64,000 nt of DNA from positions 15,406,645 through 15,470,644 of the forward strand of contig OZ316893.1 in assembly GCA_973895155.1 (NCBI GenBank), written 5' to 3'. The notes under the pieces were generated by a model. The model was not told where the DNA came from, ran no database searches, and saw only the letters and a program-made list of their open reading frames with translations. Made by a program: the position numbers and the translations under genes. This document shows positions 25,090 to 37,990 of this stretch, one piece after another (position 1 is the first letter of the stretch; every line of letters starts with the position of its first letter). Source of the stretch: Marsupella aquatica (lineage: Eukaryota > Plantae > Marchantiophyta).

Positions 25090-26955
25090 CCCGACAACTT
25101 TAACTATATAAAATTGAAATGTTTTCTATAAGGATTTACCCCTTCCCATTCCATGATGAATAAAGCAACCAAAATGGCCAAAAATTCACCATCAGTGTGA
25201 TAAAAGTGTAGCTTACCTACTACGTTAGCTCATAATCAAAACTAAAAAATATTTGAACGTATGAGCATCAAGTTATTATAATTGAATTCACATCAAATTC
25301 TGAAAAATGTGGTCCATGGGGGTTTCAAAAGACCAACCTTATGGTCCATGGGTGGGAACATCATTTCTTATTTCGTTCGTTGCAGTAAAACTCTTTTCGA
25401 GGAGGAAACAAGAGTTTTTAGTTTTAACTGGTTACACTGTCACGCCCTACACGATCCTGGTACAAGAATACGGGACCTCACATCCGCTACAGTAACTTTT
25501 TCCGGTACAGAGAGATAAGTGCCACATCGTCACTCGGGTAGTCGGGTAGACCTGCGGTCCCTGGGGCCCACGGGAATCCGCGATTCCCGGGATCTCCGAA
25601 GGCAGCGACAGACCGCCGCGTCACATAACTGGGCGCCGCCTCGACTCTGTGGTCGTGTGACAGCCCTCACCAGTAGAGTCATAGGGTGTCAATGACAGTA
25701 TCATTTGGTCGCATCAGTAGTGGGTGCCTCATTAATTACAGTGTCAATTACAGTACAGTTTCGACATGTCAGCAGGCGCCTCATCATTACAGTGCCATCC
25801 AATACAGCACCATTTCGTCGTGTCAGTGGGTATAAGATGAGACGCCATACTCGACGAAGTCTTCCCTTCGAAGCGGAATAGTCGTCTGCTGATCTGAAGA
25901 GCGGAGAGGAAGTGGAGTGGACCGAGCGAGCGTTCGATTGATGGGCGAGCAAGCGCGACGCTCTGGAGGTCGCACTTGTGAGCTCTCGATCGGCTACAGC
26001 CTCGATTTACCTTCTACCTCCTTTTCTGCTCTGTGGATCGATGGTTTTTGATATGATATGAGTGTTGAAATCGTTGCAAAATTGGGGAGATTGCGGGAGT
26101 GCCCAACTGACCACTCACCGCCATTGCTTTTCTGGACCTTCGAGGACATTGAGGGCACCGCACGCTAGGAAGGGTGGAGAGGTGAAGGTAGCATACATAG
26201 CATAGCATCATCGCAGGAGTTGGCTCTTGACTGAGCTTCATCATTCCTTGCGTGGATAGCAATTGACGGAGGAGTACGGCGTTGAATTGACTGAGCAGCA
26301 GCGGACGAAGAATTTGTTTGCTTCTGCGAACTTGTGAGCTCTCATCTACAATCACGCACCGCCATCTAAGTCCCCCCTGGACTCCGAGGACATTATTGTG
26401 TGTTTGGTTCGTCTCATTCCCTCCGATTCAGGTTCTGGAGCTCGTTTGTAGGTTGCATCGTTCCCTAGTGTGCAGCTGGTAGTGAGTGAGTGTGAAGATC
26501 TGTGTTGAGCGCAACACACGAAAGGAAGGGAGGAAGGGTTCAGCCAGTTTAGAGTAATGATCACAGGAGTTCTCTCTTTACGGAACTTCACTCCTTGCGT
26601 GGAATCCAATTGACCGAAAAGTAAGGGTCTGGTTGAGTGAGAAGAAGAAAACTAAGAATTTGCCAGAGTTTGCTAAATTTTAACGATCGAACAAGGATAA
26701 GAAGCAGAGAAGATGTCGTCGTGTGCGTAATTCAATCAACTGATCGAGCTGGCGAGGGAGGAGGAGGAGAAGTTGATCGTTTGAAGCAGAGCGGAGGGAC
26801 CTTATCCGGCCAATTGTGTCGAGGAGTCGTCTAGCTTAGAGCTAGCTACATTGAAACATATTTACGTCTTAGATTCGTGCCTTCTTAGACATTATTTGGC
26901 AGAGCCGGTGCTCTGTATTCCTCCTCACCCACGCACGGGAACGTAAGCTGAAGCA

Positions 26956-27753
26956 ATGACGATGATCGCGTCGCCGTCGCATCACCTCCAGGTGATGTGC
27001 TCGGATCCCACATCGACAGCATTTCAGAGAGTGAAAGAGTCAACCACCTTGTCATCTGCACAGGCCTCGCTGAGAGAGTCAGCGACCACCACCAACACCG
27101 CTAACGAGCAGTCATCTCCGGGATTGTCTTCTCACCAAGCTCCGGAGGCGAGGACCACGTCGCTGGCGTTCGTGTATGGGACGCTCAAGCGAGGGTTCGG
27201 GAACCACTGGCTGATTGAGGAGCAGATGAGCAACAAGCATTGCCGCCTGGTGGGAACAGCACGGACGAAACAGAAGTATCCTCTTGTATGCGGGCCATTC
27301 CAGGTCCCTTTCCTGTTGGATGTCTGTGGACGCGGACAGCACGTCCGTGGGGAGCTCTACCAGGTGGATGCCCACTGCCTCGGGCTGCTTGACGAGCTGG
27401 AGGGGATTTCAAAAGGGCATTATGTGAGATGTCCGCTGACACTAACGGGACTGGAGCTGGACCCTTCCTTTGATCCGGAAGAGCTCACGCTTTTACGGCA
27501 GCAGGGGCACCACATCAGCGGTAAGGTTGGCGGAGATGTTCGAGCGGAAGCTTACTTTGCAGCCAACCACTTCACGCTGGGCTTGTACACGGCTGCTCCA
27601 CACATCGAGGCTTACACTGAGAAGGAATCGGCCACGTACACACGGAGGATGCTCCGACCTCAAAATAAAACCTTCTTGGAACATGTGTATCATTGGATTG
27701 ATGAGAAGCGGCAAATGAGCTGTTCTTCTCCATACATGGTCAAGACTGATTGA
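26956..27753 (+). CDS. Gamma-glutamylcyclotransferase / AIG2-like family protein (At3g02910-like), intronless
   Basis: AFVYGTLKRGFGNH, YPLVCGPFQVPFLL, V.GELY.VD...L..LDELEG...HY.R GGCT motifs; Ser/Thr-rich N-terminal extension. Confidence 0.92.
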   Translation: MTMIASPSHHLQVMCSDPTSTAFQRVKESTTLSSAQASLRESATTTNTANEQSSPGLSSHQAPEARTTSLAFVYGTLKRGFGNHWLIEEQMSNKHCRLVGTARTKQKYPLVCGPFQVPFLLDVCGRGQHVRGELYQVDAHCLGLLDELEGISKGHYVRCPLTLTGLELDPSFDPEELTLLRQQGHHISGKVGGDVRAEAYFAANHFTLGLYTAAPHIEAYTEKESATYTRRMLRPQNKTFLEHVYHWIDEKRQMSCSSPYMVKTD

Positions 27754-29140
27754 CGTGTGTATATCATCAACATTTGAGCTAATATACGTGGTCATTTGTC
27801 ACACTTCGGAGTTGATTTGTGATTTTGTCTCCCCGGTCGAGTTCACAGAATTAGCTGGATATATTTGATACTGAGTGTATTTCCAGCGATGAATTCCGTA
27901 GTTTTGTTGATCAGTTTTCATTGGAAGCAATGACATGTCGATGTCGGTCGCTAGTCAAGTGACCCTGGAGATTTTTCATGTTCGTGAGCATGTTCGTGAG
28001 TCAAAAGTCTATTTGCATTATATGATGTTTGTTGGTTGGGTGTGGAGCATTTCTCAAGATTACCTTTGAATGCCTTCAGTCCTTGAGGGTTAATTGGATA
28101 TGGGCATATTTGCGTAGGCTTCCTCGGAATGCTTTTGCTGGTCCGGACTGTTTTCGTTGTCGGATCTTCACAAGAATCAGGGTGTCCCGAAAGCCGAACC
28201 TAACTGAATTGTTGGATGGGCCCAGAAAGCAAGCATGGCAAATGAAGCAGGTCCATTCGTGTTTTGGGGGTGATGATTCATGCAGGATCATCTGTCTCAC
28301 ATGTCATCCTTTACTGGACAGGGCCCATCCAATAGGCATGTAAATTATCGTGGCATGTATTTTCACTCCCCTTCAGTAGCCGAGCATGACTTTTTCTTTG
28401 ATTGGCCATCTTATGCTCTTTGTGTGGGGTCACGGACAAACTCGCGGGAGCCTTCAGTTGCCTGACGTCTTTTTGCGTATCCTTAGTTGTATAGAGACGA
28501 AATAGAAATAGATGCTGGTGATACCCCTTTCACTAAAAATGATATTACTTTCTGAAGATATGAAACCAATCTGAACAAACTTCGGGCTAAAGCTTTGTGG
28601 AAGAGAGAATCTGATCTATTCGACGTTATAGAGGTCTCGGGTTCATGTTGGCGTGAACAGGTATCGAGTGTCGTTACTGGGGTATTAAGCCAAACCATTG
28701 TTGTGCTACCGAATGGTATCAAAGGAAAACGCTAGGCTGGCATGTGACAAAGCTGGTGTTTAACCCTCGGGTAAAGAGGTTGAATTGAACAAATTCAATT
28801 CTATCTTGGCTTCGAAAAGTGTCCTTAGCTTCGATTTGATAGCAACGCCGGAGCATGCAAATCACATTTACAGATAAGATAATGCCTCAGTTTCTCTAGT
28901 TCTTGAATCGGTTCACTGTTAAACATAAGGGTTAAAAGTACGGCAAACCTTATTGCCTTGCTGTCCCAAGATTTGATCTTGATCATCAATCTGGTGCTCT
29001 GGGATTACTGCACACTGTTGTCCCTACTATGGCTATCGCAGATAGTTATTTCATTGTGTGGCCCACCTTGTTTCTTGTCCGCTTGAGAGAAGACACGTTG
29101 CTTTTGTGCACAGTTTAAAAAAAAATCTTCATTCGACGAT

Positions 29141-30756
29141 CTATTTGACGACCCTAGCTTGCAAAGCACTGTATATCGATTCAGCTGACATTCCCTGAAC
29201 TACAATTACTTTTTCCCTTGAGCGAGCTCCTGAGCCTAGGGACACGTCCCGCTTTCTCACCCCAAGCACCTGCATCGCTTATTCACTTGGTCAGCAACAC
29301 AGAATGACTCTCGACACACAGCTGCAAGCAAACTTCACTCCAATGACTGCAATACTAACATTTCTTGAAACCACCATTCAGGCGGCTCCCACTAATAGAA
29401 AACTACAGTACAGTCGCGAGCTGAGTGTACCTGAACTCCTCAGATTTAAAAATATAGCGAAACATATGCTGTAAGGCTTAGAAGAAATCACTCAACAATG
29501 GCGCGGTTTTACTATTTACAAAAAAGTCACAGTATGCTAAAATAACCTTTTCGAAATTATGCTTCAGAATATTATGCCCCAGAAATAGTGGCAGAATTTC
29601 CGACTCTGAGGCGCTTTCCAGAGCTGAGCCATACACTTGTTCTCTGAATCCTACTCTTATAGTTCAGAGAGCGTGCGACTTTCGAAAGAACGGCATTCGC
29701 GGATAAAGAAATTACTTACTTCAGACATGAATTCTAGCAGAGCCTCGTTGGCTTCACCATCCCTAGCAGGGGCATTTATTTGCACTCCAACCCTCTCTTC
29801 TCCAATATCTGGTAAAAGAATAAAGTATAATACACATTACAAATATGTATTTGGACTTTCGAAGTCAGTCAAATGAAAGCTGAGAAGTATAACCTTTTCC
29901 AAACTTGTTATGAACAGCATGAATACGGAAAGCTTTCATAAAATCCCCTCATCACGGGGCTCTTCTTATAGGCCATGATGAGGTCATCGACTTTTTCAAA
30001 ACATGAAGTATTTTGAACTTACATCATCCTACGTTATAAAAGCAATTCATGACAATTTGAAGGTGCCAAATTTCTACAACGATGTCTCCGTTCCTTTGAT
30101 TAAAACTTGCACGAACTCGTGATCTTCAAGGATGAAGTCACACAAATACTTGAGGCAAGAACTCTATTGGTCCTATGAGAAAGGAGAAAAGAAGAGACCA
30201 GTGATGTTGGAGACCTTGGAAGCGGGCTTGGCATGTATGGAGATCGAGACACTTGAATCAGGCCGAAACCTGCACTGTCACAGTTGCAACGAAAACGTGC
30301 TACGTTACTGTCTACTTTTGTTGTAATTCATTGCATAATTCTTCTTTCAAAATTTGGCAAAAAACACCAGTACAAATCGAATATAGGTGGTGAAAATTAT
30401 GAGGCAAAACTGTGAAACTAATACAGAAGATGAACATTGATGCCTTGCAGGGTTTGTCTCTTATCCCAAAACTTTGAGGGCTGAAGGTGGTTCATTCAGT
30501 TTTTATGCGTTTTCCTGAATGAACCCTAATACTTTGACTTCGTACTGACTGAGGAAGTTGCACTGAGACGAGACGTTGGTAAGAAATTCCGACTTATAGC
30601 TTCCTAATCAGCAGTAGCAGAGCTACGGAGAGCAAGATGCGGTCACCTAATGGACGCAGGAATGGCAGAAGGGTTCTTGGAGCTCGCGTCAGTCGCAGCA
30701 GACTTGTTCTTGGTAGCTTTGCCGGCCGACGAGGACGAGGAATTCGAACGAGGCAT
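29141..30756 (-). CDS. UPF0235/DUF167 (YggU/C15orf40-like) protein, 132 aa; exons 30647-30756, 30199-30269, 29720-29808, 29141-29269
   Basis: Manual GT-AG splicing gives MPRSN...PASIR|[23 protein letters not shown]|[30 protein letters not shown]|[26 protein letters not shown]...*; total 399 nt, phases consistent; mostly missed by the ORF track. Confidence 0.92.
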
Positions 30757-33700
30757 CTTCTTGGCGAGCACAGTGGAGTGGAAAATTGCTCGTGAGCCAT
30801 CGGATACACCCAGTAGCACCACCATTGCTGCGCAAATTCCAACCCACTCTCCACTTCTACTATCACATCCTCAGCTGAATCTAATCAAGCTGATGACAGA
30901 ACAAAGGCCCCTGTTCCAGTACCATAGTCCTGTTCCATATGGCTCATTATTTGATTAAGTCTAAAAAACATTTCAGTGCAATCACAAAACTTAGACCCTG
31001 ATGTGAATGCAATGTCAGGTTCCATATGGCTCATTTGCCTACTTAAGTCCAAAAACATTTGAGTCCAGTGACAAGACTGTAGACCCCTGATACGAATGCC
31101 CGGAAGAATTACGGGCCATTGGATAGAGAACACACTTATAATATTTTTTCATTACATGACCTAAACATATTAGTATTGTAGTATATTTTCATGATTTGTG
31201 TTGAATGTTCCCACGCTAGTGAGGGCTCTTTTGGGTAACAATAGTTTTCCTTCCGTCCCTCGTCTGTCCATCTGAAGTGCGTTCTGCCGGGTTAACAGGC
31301 AAATGGGACGGTTGACTAAGCCCTCCCCTGAAGCTCTCATTCTCCAATAATCCTTCTCTTTTGAAAATTATACTGCATTCACATCTGTACTGTTGGGAGG
31401 AAGATTCCAAAATATGGTTTTTTTTTTCTCTAATTTCCCACAAACATTCACACACCTAAAGGCAGGCACGTAACGAAGGACTTAATTTGAGCTGAAGACC
31501 TGGTGCTTCCCACCCAAGTGAGCTAACCCTACAGGCAAGACACATCATGTGAACAAACATGGCCCCTTTTCGCTTGGCCTTGCCTGGACTAACATAGAGA
31601 ACCTAGGAGGACAAAGATGGTAACCCCAAAAATAATTAAACTAACTTTTCACTCTTGAATTGTCCTATATGGATCCCGATTAGGATAGCCAACATGGACA
31701 GTCTGGAAATGACCCAGATACCCTTTGTTCACAAATAAAAGACTCTGGTTTATTATGCACTCTTTTCGTGTAATAAAATCGCCCTTCTCTCCAGTGAGGG
31801 TGTTCAAAGTACGTGTCAAGAGAGCCCTCTCAAGTCAGATTGTTTTCCAGAACAAATCTTTGAGCCTGAGAGTTTTGAACTTAGGAGAACAATGGAGTTA
31901 CAATGCTCTAAGTATTGAATATGCACTATGAGCAAGAGCACACCCATAGAGTAAGAGCTAAAGAGTTTGCCACAGGACAAACACCAAACTCAAAAGAAGA
32001 GATTAAAACCCCATACATCTCTACAGAGGAAAATATTCAAGATAAATGTCTACCATCTGTTGTTAGGTGATGAGCTAATCCTTCACATCTAGTTTGTAGT
32101 GTGGTAGTTCATAGCTGAATGGTGGTGAACGTAGTTTCCACTGAGAGTAGTAACACTCCATAACGGGGTGCCTAGCAAATGGTGTCTAGCAACCTCCATT
32201 GTTTAGTTTCATAAAAGTAATTGAATGTATACTGACCGAAATTTTGGGTAGGCACTTTTGTCGACATTGCAGATTGAAAAGAACGAAAGACAGACCCACC
32301 TTTCAGCCCTCATTGAAAACTTCCTCACCACCAGATTCGTTTCCGGAGCTACTCATCAAATCATTCACCTCGTTGGGTATAGGACTGGAGTTCCCAAGTT
32401 ATTATTGCCCTTCTCCCCTTGACTGATCGGATTCTCAGTTGGCCTCAAGGTTGTTGCTTGCATAATAGAGAGCTTTACTAGCATGAAGTGTTTTTCTGAT
32501 CCTCATTGACAGAAACGGATGGATGGTTTGAATAAATGGATTTCGCGTGAATTTTAGGTGACTTTCAGCAAATTTGAACGTTTGAGAATTAGCCAGGTCC
32601 CTGGGGGAATTCTTCTATGGTTGCCTGGTGGCTTGTGCATCTCGTAGGGTGGTCATTTGTGACGCTGATTGATCTTGCCAAAGATTTGACTCAGCCACTC
32701 TATGGTTTCAATAATGGCGTGATGATCGACTCATTCAATGAGGCTACTGTACGTCTTAAACTGCTTCCACTCTAACCGTGCATTGCATTGGTGAGGTGGT
32801 GTCCAATTTTGGGAGGATCTTGCTGAATTGGTATTGTGGTGCCCACTTCTGGGAGGATCTTGCTCAAGCTTCTACTCTCTGGGACTCGCCTGCTTATTTA
32901 TGTTTATCAGATAGGGCTTTGTGCTGCCGGCTTTACGGAGTTCTGGATTCAAGTGTTGCTGCATGGATGTGATCGATTATCTGTGTCTATCGTCGTCTCG
33001 CTTTACGCTTTTTCTCTGTTTCTCCCGCGGGTTTGGGTCAGATAACAAATTATCTTTTCTTACAACGCACGCTACTCATCACAGACTAAAGCAGACAGCG
33101 CTACCGGTAGGGCTGGGGTTAGATGCTCCCCGTTCCACTTTCTTCCTTTATCGACTTACCTCGATCTATATTGGATAATTTTAGACAAGAATGCTTCGAT
33201 CTAATAGTCTTTCATTCTCTCTCCGAAGTGGACGGGTTGGCAGACTAGCGGTCAACAAAGTGAGGAGTCAGTACCATAAGCTTGGCCAACCCTAGAGTAT
33301 TCACCCTCTCATTCTCAAGAAGGACGTTTCTCAAAATCTCGTTCTCTCCTCTCTTCCTGCTGCTCAAGAAAGCTCCAGTCCTCTCCCGCTGAGAATTTTT
33401 TTGTCACCCGGTAGATCCCTGCAGTTGTCAAGTATCGTCGGTTTTGATAAATTTCTAAAAGTGGTACATGGAGGTGGCAAGTATGGGGGATGGTAGATAA
33501 TCACTGCGAAGGCTCTCGTTTTAGATCCATCCGTCCGAGCGTCTTTTCTTTGTGAAGTACATGCATCAAATGTATTCACTTGTTTCTTTTCCTCTTACTT
33601 ATCGGGGCTGTGTAGAGCTTCACGTCTACTCAGTCCTGCACACTCGATCAATTCGTCACAACCAGGAGGTCCTGCCATCGTTAAATTACAAGAAGTGCAA

Positions 33701-34023
33701 GCTTTGCAAATTTGAAAAGCTCTCTCACCTGCACTACCACGGAGGAATTTGCTGCTCGCTTGCACCGCCGACAACAATTTGGACAGTTAAGGAATGCTTC
33801 TGTTGGGTAGGCACTAACTGTGGTTTACCACAATCAATTTTCTTTCCACTCTGGGGCCATTGATTGTCTGGCCTGACCACTGTCGTAATCTTTGCAATTT
33901 AGTGGCGAACTTTCGAGTCAATTTGTGTCTTTTTGTTCTGGCTTCCACACAGTCACTTCCCCCACAAAAACAGATAACTAACAGCTGATGTGCAAGCTGG
34001 GGAAGCTTCAGTTCCAATGCCCA

Positions 34024-34163
34024 GGACAGTGGCCAGCCGTGATAAAGGGTGCGAGTACCTCACGGGTCTCAATCCAAGAGGTGTCCCATATCACTGGACA
34101 GGCTAGCCGTGATAAGGGTGCGAGTAACTCAGGGGTCTCAATCCAAGAGGTGTCCTATATCAC
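34024..34163. repeat. ~72-bp tandem duplication spanning a MITE left end
   Basis: GGACAG..G(C/T)AGCCGTGATAA(A)GGGTGCGAGTA.CTCA.GGGTCTCAATCCAAGAGGTGTCC.ATATCAC twice. Confidence 0.9.
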
Positions 34164-34350
34164 GCATGGAGTTTTGGAGAAATAAACACCCTAAAACTCA
34201 AGTCAATAAATTTTTTTGAGCAATTTATTTATTTCTGACTTAATGAAATATTCTTTAAATATTCCCAAATTTGGTTAAAAAACACTATGATTCTTATAGT
34301 TCTCAAAATTGGATTAAAAAGATGTTTTCAACAAAAATTTAAAAGTCTTT
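34128..34350 (+). mobile_element. 3'-truncated family B MITE immediately upstream of the F-box ORF
   Basis: CTCAGGGGTCTCAATCCAAG... matches the reverse complement of the end of the 36724-37030 element; shared AT-rich interior; no right TIR. Confidence 0.8.
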
Positions 34351-34404
34351 CACGTACTGGACGTAGGACCAGGAGAAGAAGCCGATGCTGCAGAAGGAGC
34401 AGCC

Positions 34405-35749
34405 ATGGCGAGCTTGGTGGTCGAGCAAAATGTGTGGCTCCACCTGCCAGATATGCTGATCCAAACTGTCCTCCGATTTTCACCAGCCGAGAGTGTCTTC
34501 AAGTTCCGCACCATCTGCAAAAAGTGGCACGAGATCCTGACCGATCCAAACTTCCTGGGTGCATGGCTGGGAGCTCCACACATCAGCCCTTTGTGTGTCC
34601 TCAACGATGTCCCAAACAAGTGCTATGCAGTTTACAACATTGGCTCAGACAAATGGAACTACCTTCGAAATGAGAATTTCCTCACAGGGCCTTTCCCTGC
34701 TGAGAGAATTGTTATCACAGCAGCTGGAGCCGGGCTGGTGCTGCTAGAGGTCTTTCCCGAGCCTCCTATGCAACAATATCATTTTGCCAACAAGGACGTG
34801 TCTGGCATGGCCAACAAATCCCTACTGCTTGCCAACAAATCCCTACTGCTTGTCAACCCTCTCAACAAGTCCTATTGGCAGCTGCCAGATTTTGAAAATG
34901 GGGATTCAGATTATGTGAGGTGTCCCAAAGTAGTGGGCATAGATCATGACCCTCAAAGCGGGCGTCATCAGATTCCAACCAAGAGTACACTGTTTCACAT
35001 TGGAGAGCTGGATTATGCCAGACCTGGAAAGTCTCGGTTGCATGTGTATGATGTGAATGCCAACTCTTGGGATATGATTTGTGATTCCAGTTCCGGTGGA
35101 GGACCGGAGGAGTGGGACAAGAGCTACATAGTTTTGGGGCCTGCTGTTCTACATGGGGGTTCTTGGTATTACTTGACCTATTCCCAGAGATTCTGGGGTC
35201 CAAGGAATCGGGATGCCATGCCTCATATCTTCCGTGTCAAGAAAGGTCTGGCTGAGACGTTGCAAGCACCCTTGCCACAAGAGATGGGAATGATTGTAGA
35301 CTTCATGCACCTCTTTGAGTGCCAAGAGAAACTTAGCTTGGTTGGGAGTCTCAAGAGCAAGAATAATTTGATATTGAATGAGTGGACGAGTTTCTGTTTT
35401 TGGCTACTGGATGAAGAGAAGTCAGAGTGGGTTGATTACTTGAAGATGCCACTCTACCTGGTGAATTCTCTAGGTGACAGAAGGGTGAAGCAATTTGCAC
35501 TGGACTTGGAATGTTCAGTCGATTATCTGTTTTTGGGTGGGTCGTCCAGCTGGGAAGGAGTCTAGGACAATTGAGATGATCATCTATAGCATCTCAAAGG
35601 TTTCCTTGTGCACTCTGAGCTCAGAGGTCGACATGCCAAGGGCATGCTCTAACAACCGTGGCTGGTTTGGTCATAGCCATGTTAGAGGACTTTACCACAA
35701 ACCGTTTGCCTACTTTCTTTTCAAGCCTAACTTGAACTTCATGCTATAG
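34405..35749 (+). pseudogene. Intronless F-box protein with beta-propeller-type C-terminus; frameshift near 35560 (pseudogene or sequence error)
   Basis: VWLHLPDMLIQTVLRFSPAESVFKFRTICKKWHEILTDPNF is an F-box; LLVNPL.K.Y..LP. The ORF stops at 35565 but the +1 frame continues EMIIYSISK...YFLFKPNLNFML*, a typical F.F.P.L ending. Confidence 0.8.
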
Positions 35750-36723
35750 CTGTTGGCTCATGGGTATATCCCACTGGAAGGCAGCCCAAACACATTGCAA
35801 GAGTGGATGGTAATGGATGGTAATGGATGAGTCATTATGTAATCCTTGTGTTTCTAGATTGGATTTTCTATTCTGTTCCTTCAAGGCAGCTCTGCACCAG
35901 CACAATTAGCCCTCATAAGATTTAGCGGAACATTGTCATTACTGCTCCCTTCATTGACAATTGAGCAGCTTGTTAATTGGTTGAGGGAAAGCATACTTTC
36001 CACTCTTGGTCCTAAGTGGATGTAGCAATGAGCACAGTCATCAACAATTGGAAAGCACTATGCTCGTTCACCATGTACGTCTAGTGAACGTCCAGGTTGT
36101 AATGAGTCGTTATTGATTCCAATCGTCAGCTTTGGTGTGGGAAGAAGAGCACTTTCCGGACTCAATTGGAAGCTTTCCCGTTCACGTGAGCAGAATAAAA
36201 CACGCTTGGACAACATAGGATCGTGAGGACTCCGTTAAGCCAGGTTTTGAGCCAGTGAATCGGATAGTGCTTATGAGTTGTCTCCAATCTACGAAGTATT
36301 TGAGATTGAACTGGAAATGGGTTGTAATTGAAAATGAATCCTGCACTCTGACAGTGATGGATAATTCTTGTCAATCAGTTCTGAGAGGAGACTTGCTTTG
36401 TTGAAAGCAGGTCAGTACTCATCTGGAAATGTACACAGATTGGAGGCTTCTATTTGTTACTCGACAATCATTTGTGAGACGCCTCTCTGATTGTATGAAA
36501 CTTGTGAGTTGGGGGTACAATTCACTAGCATCCATCAAGGCAGATTCCTACCTTACCTCCGAAGTTAGGCTTAGGGCTTTACAAATGAATACTTTGTACC
36601 ACCTGGAAACGATGGTTATGAAGCGCATTCCCCTAGAGTAGTCATCTACTCCCTTGTGCCCTTGAGCTATCTTGCAATTATATGTTACTTTGCAAAAAAA
36701 GTTTGTAATTATACTGGGTAGAC

Positions 36724-37030
36724 CCCGGGGTCCTCACTTCTTTTCTTCCGACCCATCACGCGTGAATAAGTATAGGGTTTTTTTATTGGGTTTAGTGAAA
36801 TATTTTTAAATTTTTGCCGGGAATTTTTGTTGAAGAACATTAAGGTTATTTTAATCCAATTTTGAGAATTATAAGAATCATAGGGTTTTTAAAATTGAAT
36901 ATGGGAATATTCTATTAAGTTAGGGGTAAAACAATTCCAAAAAAAACTTTATTGACTTAACTTTTAGGGTGTTTATTCCTCCAAAACTTTGAGTGTGATA
37001 TGGGACACCCCTTGGATTGAGGCTCCTGAG
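36724..37030 (-). mobile_element. MITE, family B, reverse orientation
   Basis: Ends CCCGGGGTCCTCACTTC / TGAGGCTCCTGAG; perfect 8-bp TSD GGGTAGAC (36716-36723, 37031-37038). Confidence 0.9.
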
Positions 37031-37775
37031 GGGTAGACACATTTAATGGACCCAGGGTGCATTTATCAGTACTCCCTCTCACTATGGTCTGGTTGCAATA
37101 AAATCGGGGGAAACAAATATTTGAAACCATGCAAAACTCCCTGATATTACTTTGATCAAGTAGGGCAATGTTTATTCTTTGTAATAAGCCTCGTAATAAG
37201 CAGTTGCTCTTACTGAGAAACGTAAAATTAATGTTGTTCAAGTTGCAGTTTTCCAGAGTTAAGATGAAATTTAGACAATTGCATCTTTACATTTAGAGAC
37301 TTCTAGCTCACTCCATGGATCCCAAAATTGGCCCAACATATTTGATATGGACAAATGTGAAAGGGACAAGAATTGTGGAGAGTGATGTAAGTCCATGGTG
37401 GTTAGTTGTTTTTCTACAAGGGACAGTCTTTGAGCAAGCCTTGCAATTGACTTCCAAGCAGGGACATTGGCATCTGTTGTCTAATTCAGCGCAATCAAAA
37501 GTTACTCCTTGGGAGTAGTACCTAGAGTGAAGCCTGTAGACTCTGACGCTATCCCAGGGCATAACTGAAGGTGAAGGTGCAAAGATGAGTAGAAAATGGT
37601 ATGGAGTACTTTTCTGCAAGGTTGTTTTCCTACTCATCTTTATTATTTCTTTCTACAAATCACGAGTTTCGCATTGCACCTCCTCCGTTCGCCGGTAGCT
37701 GCCGGTAGCCGGTAGTTGCTCGCAGACTCAAAACAAATACTTAAAGAATGCGCCTCTGTGCATTGACAGTCCATG

Positions 37776-37990
37776 GGCTACCGGTTAGCTCAGAAGAGTG
37801 GGGACTCTCACGTGTCGGGTTCGAATCTCACTCTGAGCTTTTTAACATTCACCCGCCCCAAAAGTGGGGTTCAGACGTCTCTTGTTACAATCATAAGTTC
37901 TTTTGATTCAAAGAGAGTTTACACACATAATCCCCCCAAAGTGGGGTTCAGACGCTTCTAGTGACACACAAACTCTTTTTGATTTCAAAT
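37776..37990 (+). mobile_element. tRNA-derived SINE-like sequence
   Basis: A-box-like TAGCTCAGAAG (37786) and B-box GGTTCGAATC (37818-37827); no complete cloverleaf; followed by two copies of CCCCAAA(A)GTGGGGTTCAGACG. Confidence 0.5.

Noticed and set aside
27112-27795. Antisense and alternate-frame ORFs over GGCT (likewise over GH29, UPS and the photolyase gene)
   Set aside because: Shadow ORFs of real coding sequence
28430-28490. Last exon of the DUF167 gene (KRRQ)
   Set aside because: Chance match; the true last exon is 29141-29269 with a proper acceptor and full motif
37776-37840. Functional tRNA gene
   Set aside because: No acceptor stem or complete D and anticodon arms could be folded
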